Below, in pieces: positions 41,616-50,740 of a stretch of DNA of 64,000 bases (within the stretch, counting starts at the first letter, position 1; every line of letters starts with the position of its first letter). Location of the stretch: positions 16,444 to 80,443 of the forward strand of contig LDXO01000009.1 in the NCBI GenBank assembly GCA_001443455.1. Reading direction: 5' to 3'. The notes under the pieces are model-generated. The model searched no databases, was not told the DNA's origin, and saw nothing but the letters and a program-made list of their open reading frames with translations. The stretch comes from Deltaproteobacteria bacterium CSP1-8 (GTDB taxonomy: Bacteria; Desulfobacterota; Deferrimicrobia; Deferrimicrobiales; Deferrimicrobiaceae). The position numbers and the translations under genes are program-made.

Positions 41616-41790
41616 ATGCTGATGAAAGAGAAAGTGGCTCTCGAAATTCCCATGGGAGGACTTCCAGGCGAAACTCCTGGGAGAGATGAAGGCCGCCTTC
41701 TTCTGCTGCAAGGCTGTCGTCCCCTCGATGGTGGAGAGAAAGAACGGGTGCATCATCGGCATCAGCAGCGGGCTCTCCCGGGTTCCGGGT
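41616..41790 (+). pseudogene. Short-chain dehydrogenase (SDR) remnant with an internal deletion
   Basis: GAGGAG RBS and MLMKEKVAL, then in another frame PWEDFQAKLLGEMKAAFFCCKAVVPSMVERKNGCIIGISSGLSRVPG. The GxxxGxG region and C-terminus are missing. Confidence 0.7.
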
Positions 41791-41876
41791 CGACACCCCG
41801 GACCCTTGACATAACCCGGGGGGAGAGGCATAAGAAAAAGAGCATGGGAACGCTTACTTTTCGAAGAAGTGAGGCC

Positions 41877-42341
41877 GTGAGACGAACACTGCTCGTTGCG
41901 GTTTTTCTGGTGACGATACCCGTCCTTTTGACAGGCCTTTCCGCCGCTGCCCAGGAAACCATCGGCGTGATACGGAGCTCCGAGGGCAATGCCACCGTCA
42001 CCCGCGGGGAGAAGGTCATTCCGGCCGCTGCGGGGACCAAGCTTCAGGCCGGCGACACCTTGCGAACCGGCCCCGACGGGTCGCTGGGCGTCATCCTCCG
42101 GGACAATTCCACCCTCTCCCTCGGTCCGGAAAGCAGCTTCGTCATCCAGAAGTTCCTCTTTTCCCCCGCCGAAGGAAAGCTCGGCCTGATGGCCCGACTC
42201 TCCAAGGGAACGATGGCCTACCTCTCGGGTCTCATCGGCAAGCTGGCCCCCGAGTCGGTGCGGTTCGAAACTCCGACGGCCTCGATCGGGGTCCGGGGGA
42301 CCCACTTCGCGGTGAAGACCGGGGAATTCGCTTCGCAATGA
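41877..42341 (+). CDS. Secreted FecR-domain protein (copy 1)
   Basis: Signal peptide, GDTLRTGPDG...DNSTLSLGPES and ETPTASIGVRGTHF. Confidence 0.85.
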   Translation: MRRTLLVAVFLVTIPVLLTGLSAAAQETIGVIRSSEGNATVTRGEKVIPAAAGTKLQAGDTLRTGPDGSLGVILRDNSTLSLGPESSFVIQKFLFSPAEGKLGLMARLSKGTMAYLSGLIGKLAPESVRFETPTASIGVRGTHFAVKTGEFASQ

Positions 42342-42347
42342 AGTTGG

Positions 42348-43004
42348 ATGAGTAGCCTCAGCCCAGCGCCTTGCCCGCGGGGTATGCCGCGCAGACTCGC
42401 GGCCTGCATCGCCATCCTTCTTTTGACCGCCGCATGCGCAACAACCCCGAAAGCTCCTCCCCCATCGGGCCAGGACGTCTTCATCCTCCTCCCCGACGAA
42501 CAGGGGAAAACCGGCTCGATCATCGTATCGGGCGCAGGGGGCAAACGTCTCCTCTCGGAACCCCGACAGGCCGTGACTGTCGCACCCGGTGCCGCCCCCG
42601 GCGAGCCCTTCGTCATGCCCAGGGAGGAGGTGCGCGCCCTGGTCGGCCCCGCCCTTGCCGCCCTCCCCAAGCCTCCGATGCAGTTCATCCTGTACTTCAA
42701 GCACGACGACATCGAGCTGACCAACGAATCGCTCACGAAGGTGCAGGAGGTGGTTCGAGCCATCAGGGAACGCGGGCCGGTGGACGTCAGCGTGGTGGGG
42801 CACACCGACACCGTGGGCACCCGGCGCTACAACTTCCGTCTCTCCCTCAAGCGCGCGCGGGTGGTGGCTGCCCTCCTCACCGAGGGAGGAGTGGCCCCCT
42901 CCATCCTCTCGATCACCTCCCACGGGGAAGACAACCCTCTCGTCCCCACCGGCAACGAGGTTCCCGAGCCACGGAACCGCCGCGTGGAGGTGACGGTGCG
43001 ATAA
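42348..43004 (+). CDS. OmpA-family lipoprotein
   Basis: Lipobox LTAAC, VVGHTDTVG...NFRLSLKRA and NRRVEV. Confidence 0.9.
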   Translation: MSSLSPAPCPRGMPRRLAACIAILLLTAACATTPKAPPPSGQDVFILLPDEQGKTGSIIVSGAGGKRLLSEPRQAVTVAPGAAPGEPFVMPREEVRALVGPALAALPKPPMQFILYFKHDDIELTNESLTKVQEVVRAIRERGPVDVSVVGHTDTVGTRRYNFRLSLKRARVVAALLTEGGVAPSILSITSHGEDNPLVPTGNEVPEPRNRRVEVTVR

Positions 43005-43005
43005 G

Positions 43006-45012
43006 GTGCGACGCCCGCCCCGGCCTCCCAACCTCCCCATCCTCCTCCCCGGCGCCCTGCTCACCCTCCTCGCGGGAGCCATGTGCCTTTGGCCTCCGTC
43101 CCTGTCCGTCTCCCTGGAGGGGAAGATCTACGACTCCTTCCTGCGCTCCGTCCCCCATCGCCCGGTGGCCGGCTCCGTAACGGTCGTGGACCTCGACGAG
43201 GCAAGTCTTGAGAGCCTGGGTCAGTGGCCGTGGCCCCGCTACCGGGTGGCCCGTCTCCTGGAAAAGATCCGGGAGGGCGGCGCCGCCGCGGTGGGTCTCG
43301 ACATGGTCTTCGCCGAGCCCGACCGGACGTCGCTGGGCCTGCTCTCCGGGGAGATCCGCCGCGACCTGGGGGCAAGCATCGGCCTGGCGGGACTCCCCCC
43401 GGAGGCGCTCAACACCGACCGGGCCCTGGCGGAGACCCTCGCCGGAGGCCCCTTCGTCCTCGGCTACCAGTTCGACTTCGACGGGTCGCGCGGGGAGTCG
43501 TGCGTCCTCCATCCGCTGCGGGCGGCGGTACGCTCGGGAGGCGGTACGGACGGGGCCGCAACCTTCTTCGACGCCCCGGGCGTCGTCTGCAACCTCCCGG
43601 TCCTGGCTCAGGCCGCGGGCCACTCCGGCTTTTTCAACGTTGCCCCCGACCCCGACGGGGTGCTGCGGCGTGTCCCCCTGGTGATCCGTCACGGAGGCAT
43701 CCTCTACCCGAACCTCGCCCTGGCGGTCTACCTGCGGGCGCGCGGCGGGGATGTCGGCCTGGAGACGGGGCCGGAGGGAGTCGAGACGCTGCTCCTTGAA
43801 GGGAGGAGAATCCCCCTCGACCGACGCGGCAGCCTCCTGGTGAACTACCGCGGCGGCCGCCATACCTTCCCCCACGTATCCGCGGCGGCCCTCCTGGAGG
43901 GTACGGCGGATCCGGCCGCACTGAAAGGGAAGATGGTCATCCTGGGGACCACCGCCGCGGGACTCAAGGAGATCCGGACCACCCCGCTGGAAAGCACCCA
44001 GCCCGGGGTCGAGATTCAGGCTACCGTCATGGACAACCTGTTGGCGGGGGACCCGATCGCGATGCCCAGGTGGGCACGGGGGCTCCAGATCCTCCTCGTC
44101 CTCGTTCCCGGCTTCCTGCTGACGGCGCTCCTGGCCAGATCCCGGGCGATCTGGGGCCTGACGGCGGTCCTCCCCTCCATTGCCGGCATCTGGCTCGGCT
44201 CCTACTGGCTCCTGGCCCACCGCCAGGTCTTCCTCCCACCCCTCCTGCCGGTCTCCACGCTTTTGCTCGTCTTCCTCCTGCTCACCTCGCTGCGCTTCCT
44301 GCAGGCCGACCGGGAGGTCCGGGAGCGGACCCGGAAGCTGGCCCTCACGCAGGGCGCTATCATCCAGAGCCTGGCTGCCCTGGCAGAGACCCGCCACCAC
44401 GAAACAGGCGGACACATCCAGCGGACCCGGCACTACATGCGGGTCCTTGCCAAGCGGCTGCAGGACCACCCCCGCTTTCGCCACTATCTGGAAGACGCCG
44501 CGATAGACCTCCTCTTCCGCCTCGCCCCGCTCCACGACATCGGCAAGGTGGGGGTGCCTGACCAGATCCTTCTCAAACCGGGCCAGTTGACCCCGGAGGA
44601 ATTCGAGGAGATGAAACGGCACACCCTGTACGGCTCGGAGACGATCCGGCTGGCGAAAAGCCTCCTGGGGGAGGAATCCTTCCTCCGGATGGCCGACGAG
44701 ATCGCCCTCAGCCACCACGAACGATGGGACGGCACGGGCTACCCGCGCGGCCTCAAGGAGGAGGAGATCCCCATCCCGGGGCGCCTCATGGCGGTGGCCG
44801 ACGTCTACGACGCCATCATCCACGACCGCGGATACCAGGTCGCGTTCTCCCACGAGGAGGCAGTTCGTATCATGCTCAAGGAGCGGGGTACGCACTTCGA
44901 CCCCGACGCGCTGGACGCCTTTCTGGAAGTCCAGGAAGAGTTCCGGCGGATCGCCGTCCGCTTCCGCGGTTCCGGCACCGGGGTAGCTCCCGAGCCCCCT
45001 GCCGGTTCCTGA
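43006..45012 (+). CDS. CHASE2-domain HD-GYP phosphodiesterase
   Basis: DLDEASL..LGQWPWPR, DPDGVLRRVPL and PGVEIQA (CHASE2); TM helices; LHDIGKVG and HHERWDGTGYP (HD-GYP). Confidence 0.92.
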   Translation: MRRPPRPPNLPILLPGALLTLLAGAMCLWPPSLSVSLEGKIYDSFLRSVPHRPVAGSVTVVDLDEASLESLGQWPWPRYRVARLLEKIREGGAAAVGLDMVFAEPDRTSLGLLSGEIRRDLGASIGLAGLPPEALNTDRALAETLAGGPFVLGYQFDFDGSRGESCVLHPLRAAVRSGGGTDGAATFFDAPGVVCNLPVLAQAAGHSGFFNVAPDPDGVLRRVPLVIRHGGILYPNLALAVYLRARGGDVGLETGPEGVETLLLEGRRIPLDRRGSLLVNYRGGRHTFPHVSAAALLEGTADPAALKGKMVILGTTAAGLKEIRTTPLESTQPGVEIQATVMDNLLAGDPIAMPRWARGLQILLVLVPGFLLTALLARSRAIWGLTAVLPSIAGIWLGSYWLLAHRQVFLPPLLPVSTLLLVFLLLTSLRFLQADREVRERTRKLALTQGAIIQSLAALAETRHHETGGHIQRTRHYMRVLAKRLQDHPRFRHYLEDAAIDLLFRLAPLHDIGKVGVPDQILLKPGQLTPEEFEEMKRHTLYGSETIRLAKSLLGEESFLRMADEIALSHHERWDGTGYPRGLKEEEIPIPGRLMAVADVYDAIIHDRGYQVAFSHEEAVRIMLKERGTHFDPDALDAFLEVQEEFRRIAVRFRGSGTGVAPEPPAGS

Positions 45013-45114
45013 GCGCGTTTTTTCCCGCCGCGAGTCCTGTCGTACCCCGCACCACGGCTCGGTGACCGGCATCCGGAAACCCCGAATATGCCATTTGCGG
45101 TATCTTCGCCTGGA

Positions 45115-46014
45115 TTACAGGAGAATGTCTTCGGTCCACCCCAACCGGATGAGCTCTATCCTCTCCAACCGGCTGGTGCCCAGCCCGAATCGGGTGTCAG
45201 CCGCGTCGATGTGCCGGGGAGGCGGGTTGATGGGGTTCTCACCGCCAAAGAAGGCGTCCCGTTTGGCCTGTATGATCCGGGCCCCCGTCGCGTCGGCGGC
45301 TACCGGGTCCTCGCTCACGATCAGGCCGCAGTAAGGCCACGTGTGCGCCCGGCTGAAATGGTGTGGGCCCATGCCGTGAAAAAGGGGCGTGATCATAACG
45401 AGGATGTTGAGCCGTGTTTTGCCTTTCACGTGGGGCAGGTGCCATATGGCGCCCAGGCCCCCGCAGGCATTGTCGTGGTATCTGCTGGGATGGGAGACGA
45501 ACATGATGTAATTCTTGATGAGCGTTCCGAGGCCGGACCAGTGGTGGGTCCTCATGGGCCGCACGTTGACAAGGGCTGTGGACCTTTGGAATACAGGGTT
45601 TCGGAGCACTTCCCGGTCATCGGCGGAGACGTTCCCCCCCTTGACCCCCGCCTCGATCAAGCGCTCCCGAATCAGGGTGTTAAGCGGCTCCGGCGTGGGA
45701 AGATAGGGCCAGACATTGGTCTTGATCCCCACGATATCATCGGGTTTCACCAGCCGCGTCCACGCCGATGACGGATCGGACGCATCCAGGAGAGCGGTGA
45801 CCGCACGGTCCAGCATCCTGCCCAAGGTGATGGGGTGGATCTGTTCCTTGCCATCGAGAACGTGTTTATCCCGCACCAGCACGACACGGCTCTTTTTTGT
45901 GCGATCTGCGTGCGTGCTCTCCGCGAGGGGCAGCCCCACGAGGCTTCCCAGGGTTACGCACGTTCCTGCCCGGAGAAAATCGCGCCGGGTAATGGCCGTT
46001 TTCCGGGTTCCCAT
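45115..46014 (-). CDS. Tat-exported DUF362-like protein
   Basis: TRRDFL twin-arginine signal, VKPDDIVGIKTN, RTHHWSGLG..IKNY and DPVAADA. Confidence 0.75.
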   Translation of the reverse strand: MGTRKTAITRRDFLRAGTCVTLGSLVGLPLAESTHADRTKKSRVVLVRDKHVLDGKEQIHPITLGRMLDRAVTALLDASDPSSAWTRLVKPDDIVGIKTNVWPYLPTPEPLNTLIRERLIEAGVKGGNVSADDREVLRNPVFQRSTALVNVRPMRTHHWSGLGTLIKNYIMFVSHPSRYHDNACGGLGAIWHLPHVKGKTRLNILVMITPLFHGMGPHHFSRAHTWPYCGLIVSEDPVAADATGARIIQAKRDAFFGGENPINPPPRHIDAADTRFGLGTSRLERIELIRLGWTEDILL

Positions 46015-46043
46015 GGGACGCACCTCCCTCCGCTTCCGGAGAT

Positions 46044-46952
46044 TTAAGGAACCGCTTTCACTTCCCTCAAGAGACTTTCGGCGAGAAGCCGGCTGTCGGC
46101 TTCCAGGACGACCGCCAGGAGCCTGCCTTTCCGCAGGGAAGCGGACCATTTCCCGTTCTCCAGGAGGACCGCCCCCCCTGTCCCCCCTTCGGGCAGGTAG
46201 CTGGCGAGAAACTTTTCGTGGGCTCCCCTTGCCCTCTCCGGGCTCGGGTAGTGGACGAGGAGGAACCGTGCGCGCTTTCCGCCCCGGCTGTACGACGCGA
46301 GGAGAGCATCCGTTTCCTTCCCCAGGTTCAGGATGTTTTCATCCGAAAGGTAGTAGTGATAATTGAGCAGGAGGGGGTGATGAAGGTAACGGACGCTCCG
46401 GTCCTGTAACCCCTCCGGGGGAAGCTTGCGCAAGATCGGCGGCTTCGGGCCCTCGTCCCCGATGAGCGAATCCACGGCCCTGGCCAGATGATAGGCTGCC
46501 TCTTTTGCGTCAACCGTCTCCCGTTCCATGTAGATCGAGACGAAGAAACGGCCTTTCCAGAAGCTGAGCCACCCTTGCCGGTAAAGACCCTCCTGTCCTA
46601 CGTCCACGGTTTTTCCGTCCCTGTCGTGAGTGAACACACCGAAGGCATCTTCCGAAGAACCCATGTCGAAGATATCCAGGACGATGGTGGGCAAACCGGT
46701 GGCGGTGTATCTCCGGGAAAGGCACTCCCGCATGTTATAGGCCCGGTAGACTTCTCCCGCACCGTCGATATAGTCGAATATGGTCTCCCCGTCATACGTG
46801 CTGTCCGGATCATGTGCGGTCCAGGCTCCCGTCTGGCGCAACAGGGAGGCGGCCAGGATCTCGAGGGAATCCGCGAAGGATTTCCGTGTCATCAAAAGGG
46901 GAAAACTGCCTGCCGCCAGAAAAATCAGGAGGACGAATAAAACTTTTTTCAC
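46044..46952 (-). CDS. Secreted hypothetical protein (DUF6599-like)
   Basis: Signal peptide and IFDYIDGAGEVY...DIFDMGSSEDAFGVF. Confidence 0.65.
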   Translation of the reverse strand: MKKVLFVLLIFLAAGSFPLLMTRKSFADSLEILAASLLRQTGAWTAHDPDSTYDGETIFDYIDGAGEVYRAYNMRECLSRRYTATGLPTIVLDIFDMGSSEDAFGVFTHDRDGKTVDVGQEGLYRQGWLSFWKGRFFVSIYMERETVDAKEAAYHLARAVDSLIGDEGPKPPILRKLPPEGLQDRSVRYLHHPLLLNYHYYLSDENILNLGKETDALLASYSRGGKRARFLLVHYPSPERARGAHEKFLASYLPEGGTGGAVLLENGKWSASLRKGRLLAVVLEADSRLLAESLLREVKAVP

Positions 46953-47093
46953 AAGTTCCCCCGCGGAATCGATCCCGAGCATGCACCCCTGATGCGGTTT
47001 CCGGCTACCCGGCCCGGACAATGGGCAGGGCTTTTATTCCCTTTCGTGCCGTCTCCCATTTTCCCTTTCCGCGTCCGCGTCGGTCTATCCCTT

Positions 47094-47927
47094 TCATTCC
47101 CCGGCAAGTATCGCCCCGACTGCCGTAAGCCCTGCCAGGGCACCGTCGGAAATCGACAGGTGCGGAGCATCAATCCACGGTTCCCGGGGATTGATCCGGA
47201 CGACCGTTACCCCCCGACGACGTCCGAGACGTTCACTTAAGGCCCGAATGGTCGGAATGGCGGTACCGGCCCCCATTTCCACGATTACCATCTCGTGGCC
47301 CCTGTTTTCCTCGAGGAACATCCCGAACTGGCTTTCCTGGCGGTCGGTGCGAACGCTCATCCAGGAAAAATCACCGAACATCAGGATATTGGGCCTCGCC
47401 ACGTCGCCACACCGGATGCAAAGGGGGATATGCATGGCCCGCATGGTTTCGTGGTTAACCGGAATTTCCTCCCGATTCGGCCAGATCGCATCGGAGCAGG
47501 GCCTCAAACATTGCAGGTGATGGATGGAACCGTGGACTTCCAGCACCTTTTCTTCCTCGAAACCCGCCTTCTGGAACTGGCCATCCACGTTCGATGTAAC
47601 GACGAAATGATCCAAACCGAAACGCCTGATCCATTGTTGCAGGATATGGAACCCCTCGTGGGGCTCCGTCGAGCGGTAGAGGTTGGTCCGGTGACCGTAG
47701 AATCCCCAGCCGAACGCCGGGTCGCGGAGAAAATGGGTCGGGTTGGCGGCCCCCACGAAGGATATTCCCAGCCGCTCGTACATCGGATACGCGTTCCAGA
47801 ATCCTCGCTCCCCGCGAAAGTCCGGCAATCCGGAGTCAACCCCCATGCCCGCCCCGGAGGTGACGACCAGGGCCTTTGCCCTCCCGATCGCATCCGCCGC
47901 CTTTCGGCAAACCTCGGCAGAACCCAT
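47094..47927 (-). CDS. Sir2-family NAD-dependent deacylase
   Basis: SGAGMGVDSGLPDFRG, SNVDG, EVHGS, Zn-binding Cys pairs and RPNILMFGD. Confidence 0.9.
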   Translation of the reverse strand: MGSAEVCRKAADAIGRAKALVVTSGAGMGVDSGLPDFRGERGFWNAYPMYERLGISFVGAANPTHFLRDPAFGWGFYGHRTNLYRSTEPHEGFHILQQWIRRFGLDHFVVTSNVDGQFQKAGFEEEKVLEVHGSIHHLQCLRPCSDAIWPNREEIPVNHETMRAMHIPLCIRCGDVARPNILMFGDFSWMSVRTDRQESQFGMFLEENRGHEMVIVEMGAGTAIPTIRALSERLGRRRGVTVVRINPREPWIDAPHLSISDGALAGLTAVGAILAGE

Positions 47928-48029
47928 CGCGTTCCCCGTCACGATCGCGTTATCCGAATCTTGCCTTGCATAACCCGCTCCTGCCGGACTCCATCCGGCG
48001 ATGCCCCACCCGCCTTTCTATTTCTTTGC

Positions 48030-48208
48030 AAACCGGACAGATAGATTACGTAATTTCCCGTTCCGCACCCCAACTCGATAACTTTACAAGGACTTATTTT
48101 CTTTGTTTGTACGAGTGCTCGCAAAATATCCGGAGGAGATTCCATATTCCAGGGAATCTTTTCAGGAGGAATGCTTTTGTATATTTTTTCCATTTGATCT
48201 TTTATCAT
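48030..48208 (-). pseudogene. Truncated class I SAM methyltransferase (AT-rich fragment)
   Basis: MIKDQMEKIYKSIPPEKIPWN...KVIELGCGTGNYVIYLS; similarity ends right after motif I. Confidence 0.7.
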
Positions 48209-48286
48209 GGAAAATGCCTTTCCCTTCGGAAGGCTGATGCCCCGACCAAACTGCAAGCCCATTCCTGACCGGACGAACGTGCCCGG

Positions 48287-49726
48287 CTATTGGGGTGGCG
48301 CCACCGACCCCGTATAAAACGGCTTGCACTCCCCGGGAGTCAGGATTTTCTTCGTCTGCTCGAAGAGGCCCATCAACGGCGCTGCTGCGGACTGGAGCAT
48401 GCTCACCTTGTCCAGGGTCGGGTTGCGGAACGGCCCGCTGATCTTCTGGCTTATCTTTGCGCACCCCTTCCCGTCGAGTGACGCGACCGTGATGTCGACG
48501 AACCGCTCCCCGGCGATGTCCAGCTTCCCCAGGATCGCGATCCGGTGTTTTTTCGTGGCGAAGGCCACGTCCCTGGCCTCTGCGAGCCCGTTGGCCACCG
48601 ACCACTCGGATACAAGCTTGGTAATCCGGCTTTCCCCCCGCGAGGCCGCATAGGTCCCCCCGTACTGGTATCCCTTCGTGACAGCGGTACCGAGCGGTCC
48701 GGCCAGGAGGAACGCACCGACATCCGCGATATTGAGGTTCCGGGTCTCCTCGGCTTTCGAGAGAACCTCGTCGATGTCCATCCCCTGGACGGACAGGTTC
48801 TCGCCGTGAAGGGTGACGGTCCCGCTCATCGATCTCATCATCGCTTCGGTCCCCTTCCCCCGGAAAGAGAGGTTCGGCGAGATCGTCATGGGGCCGCTTA
48901 CGTATTTCTTCCGGGATACGGCGGACAACGCCTCCTCCGCCCGGAAATTCGACAGGGTATACCGGACCTTCACGGCGGTCGCCGACTTCGAGAGATCCGC
49001 CTCGATTTCTCCCTGGCCGGAGCCGCCGAACATCCGCATCGTGAACGGGCGGACATGGAAGATCCCGTTCGCGGCCTTGACGGCGGCCTGAATGTCCGAC
49101 AGGGAGACGTCCCCGGTTTTTACCTCCTTGACGCGCAGATTCCCGGAAAAGGAAAGATTTTGCAGGATATCCGCCCCTTGCTTGCTTCCAAGCGACAGAT
49201 CGGTGACCGCAAGGTCGACCCCGTCAAGATCCATCCGGCTCCCGGTTTTCCGGTCCAGGTACCGGATCCGCCCTTCCTTGATCGCGCTTTTTCGGACAAA
49301 GAGGGTTCCGGCGGCTTTTTCCGGGGCGGATGGAGCGGGTTTGGAACCCCTGGCAGGTGTTTCGTAGTTGAACTTGCCATCCGCTCCCTTCTCGATCTGC
49401 ACGTCCGGTTTCTCCAGGACGAACTCCGTTACCTCCGCCTCCCGGCGCAGGAGGGGAAAAAGTTTCAGACCCACCTGCAGGACCCCCAACTGGGCAAGGT
49501 CTGTGCCCCGGTTGCGCAAGCGCACGTCGGCAAGGGAGATGCCCACAGACGGGAAAAGACGCAGCGACGCTTTCCCCTGGATCTTTACCTCCATCCCGAG
49601 AGCCTGCGTGGCGGCGGTCTCGATTTTGGGCTTGTGGGCATTGATGTCCAGGAAGAGAAGGATCGCGAGGACGGCCAGTATGGCGAGACTTGTCAGGATA
49701 CCAAGAAGAACGAGGATTTTTTTCAT
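48287..49726 (-). CDS. AsmA-family protein
   Basis: N-terminal TM anchor, DINAHKPKIETAATQALG, LKLFPLLRRE and beta-rich repeats. Confidence 0.82.
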   Translation of the reverse strand: MKKILVLLGILTSLAILAVLAILLFLDINAHKPKIETAATQALGMEVKIQGKASLRLFPSVGISLADVRLRNRGTDLAQLGVLQVGLKLFPLLRREAEVTEFVLEKPDVQIEKGADGKFNYETPARGSKPAPSAPEKAAGTLFVRKSAIKEGRIRYLDRKTGSRMDLDGVDLAVTDLSLGSKQGADILQNLSFSGNLRVKEVKTGDVSLSDIQAAVKAANGIFHVRPFTMRMFGGSGQGEIEADLSKSATAVKVRYTLSNFRAEEALSAVSRKKYVSGPMTISPNLSFRGKGTEAMMRSMSGTVTLHGENLSVQGMDIDEVLSKAEETRNLNIADVGAFLLAGPLGTAVTKGYQYGGTYAASRGESRITKLVSEWSVANGLAEARDVAFATKKHRIAILGKLDIAGERFVDITVASLDGKGCAKISQKISGPFRNPTLDKVSMLQSAAAPLMGLFEQTKKILTPGECKPFYTGSVAPPQ

Positions 49727-49885
49727 CGGGTCGGCCGCTTTTCTCCGGTGTGGATGGTCCACTGCGCAATCATGAAGTATTATATTCGAACGCCCCTCTT
49801 TCAGGCCGGGATCGACTCCGTTGGTCATTGCGGCATCCGGTTCGGCGTGCAGGAATCCACGAGGGAGCCATCGGGGGAAGACCGC

Positions 49886-50740
49886 ATGAAGCCCAGGCAA
49901 GTGAAGGATGTCATCGAGCCGCAGTTCGTCGTGGAGGGAGCCGGGGTCCGACTTCGCAGGAGCATCGCGACCCGGAGGCTCGACTACCTCGATCCCTTTC
50001 TTCTGTTCGATCATTTCGGGTCCGACAACCCCGACGATTATCTGGCTGGGTTCCCCATGCATCCTCATCGGGGGATCGAGACGGTCACCTACATGATGGC
50101 AGGGCTTGTGGATCACAAGGACAGCCTGGGGAATTCCGGCACGGTCGGGGCGGGGGACGTCCAGTGGATGACCTCGGGAAGCGGCATCATGCACGAGGAG
50201 ATGCCCCGCCCGAAAGAGGGAAAGATGTACGGGTTCCAGCTCTGGGTCAACCTCCCGGCGAAGCTCAAGATGAGCCGCCCGCGCTACCAGGACGTGCCGT
50301 CGGCGCGCATCCCCGTGGTCGCCCGGGAGGATGGCGTCCGGGTCCGGGTGATCGCAGGCGAGGTGGACGGAGTCCGGGGGGCGGTCACGGAGATATACGC
50401 CGATCCCGAGTACCTGGATGTGTCCGTACCAGCCGGCCGTTCATTCGCGCAACACGTTCCCGAGGGGCACGCCGCTTTTGCTTATGTGTTCGAAGGAGAG
50501 GGGGTCTTCGGTGACGATGGCAATGGAGGGGGGAGGAAGGTGCCCGCCCCGCGTCTGGCGGTGTTCCGGGATGGAGATGGCGTGATCGTCCACGCGGAGG
50601 ACGTCCCCGTCCGGTTTCTGCTTCTTTCGGGGAAGCCGCTGAACGAGCCGATCGCACGCTACGGGCCTTTCGTGATGAACACCAAGGAGGAGATCGCGCA
50701 GGCGCTCGAAGACCTGCGCAACGGAACGTTCGTCCGATGA
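49886..50740 (+). CDS. Pirin-family protein
   Basis: DPFLLFDHF, FPMHPHRGIETVTY, QWMTSGSGIMHEE and YGPFVMN motifs. Confidence 0.93.
   Translation: MKPRQVKDVIEPQFVVEGAGVRLRRSIATRRLDYLDPFLLFDHFGSDNPDDYLAGFPMHPHRGIETVTYMMAGLVDHKDSLGNSGTVGAGDVQWMTSGSGIMHEEMPRPKEGKMYGFQLWVNLPAKLKMSRPRYQDVPSARIPVVAREDGVRVRVIAGEVDGVRGAVTEIYADPEYLDVSVPAGRSFAQHVPEGHAAFAYVFEGEGVFGDDGNGGGRKVPAPRLAVFRDGDGVIVHAEDVPVRFLLLSGKPLNEPIARYGPFVMNTKEEIAQALEDLRNGTFVR

Noticed and set aside
48545-49885. Long N-terminal extensions on pirin (731 aa), asmA (635 aa), ilvN (309 aa) and fecR (241 aa) in the ORF track
   Set aside because: They come from taking the most upstream start codon. Internal starts with an RBS match the family N-termini.
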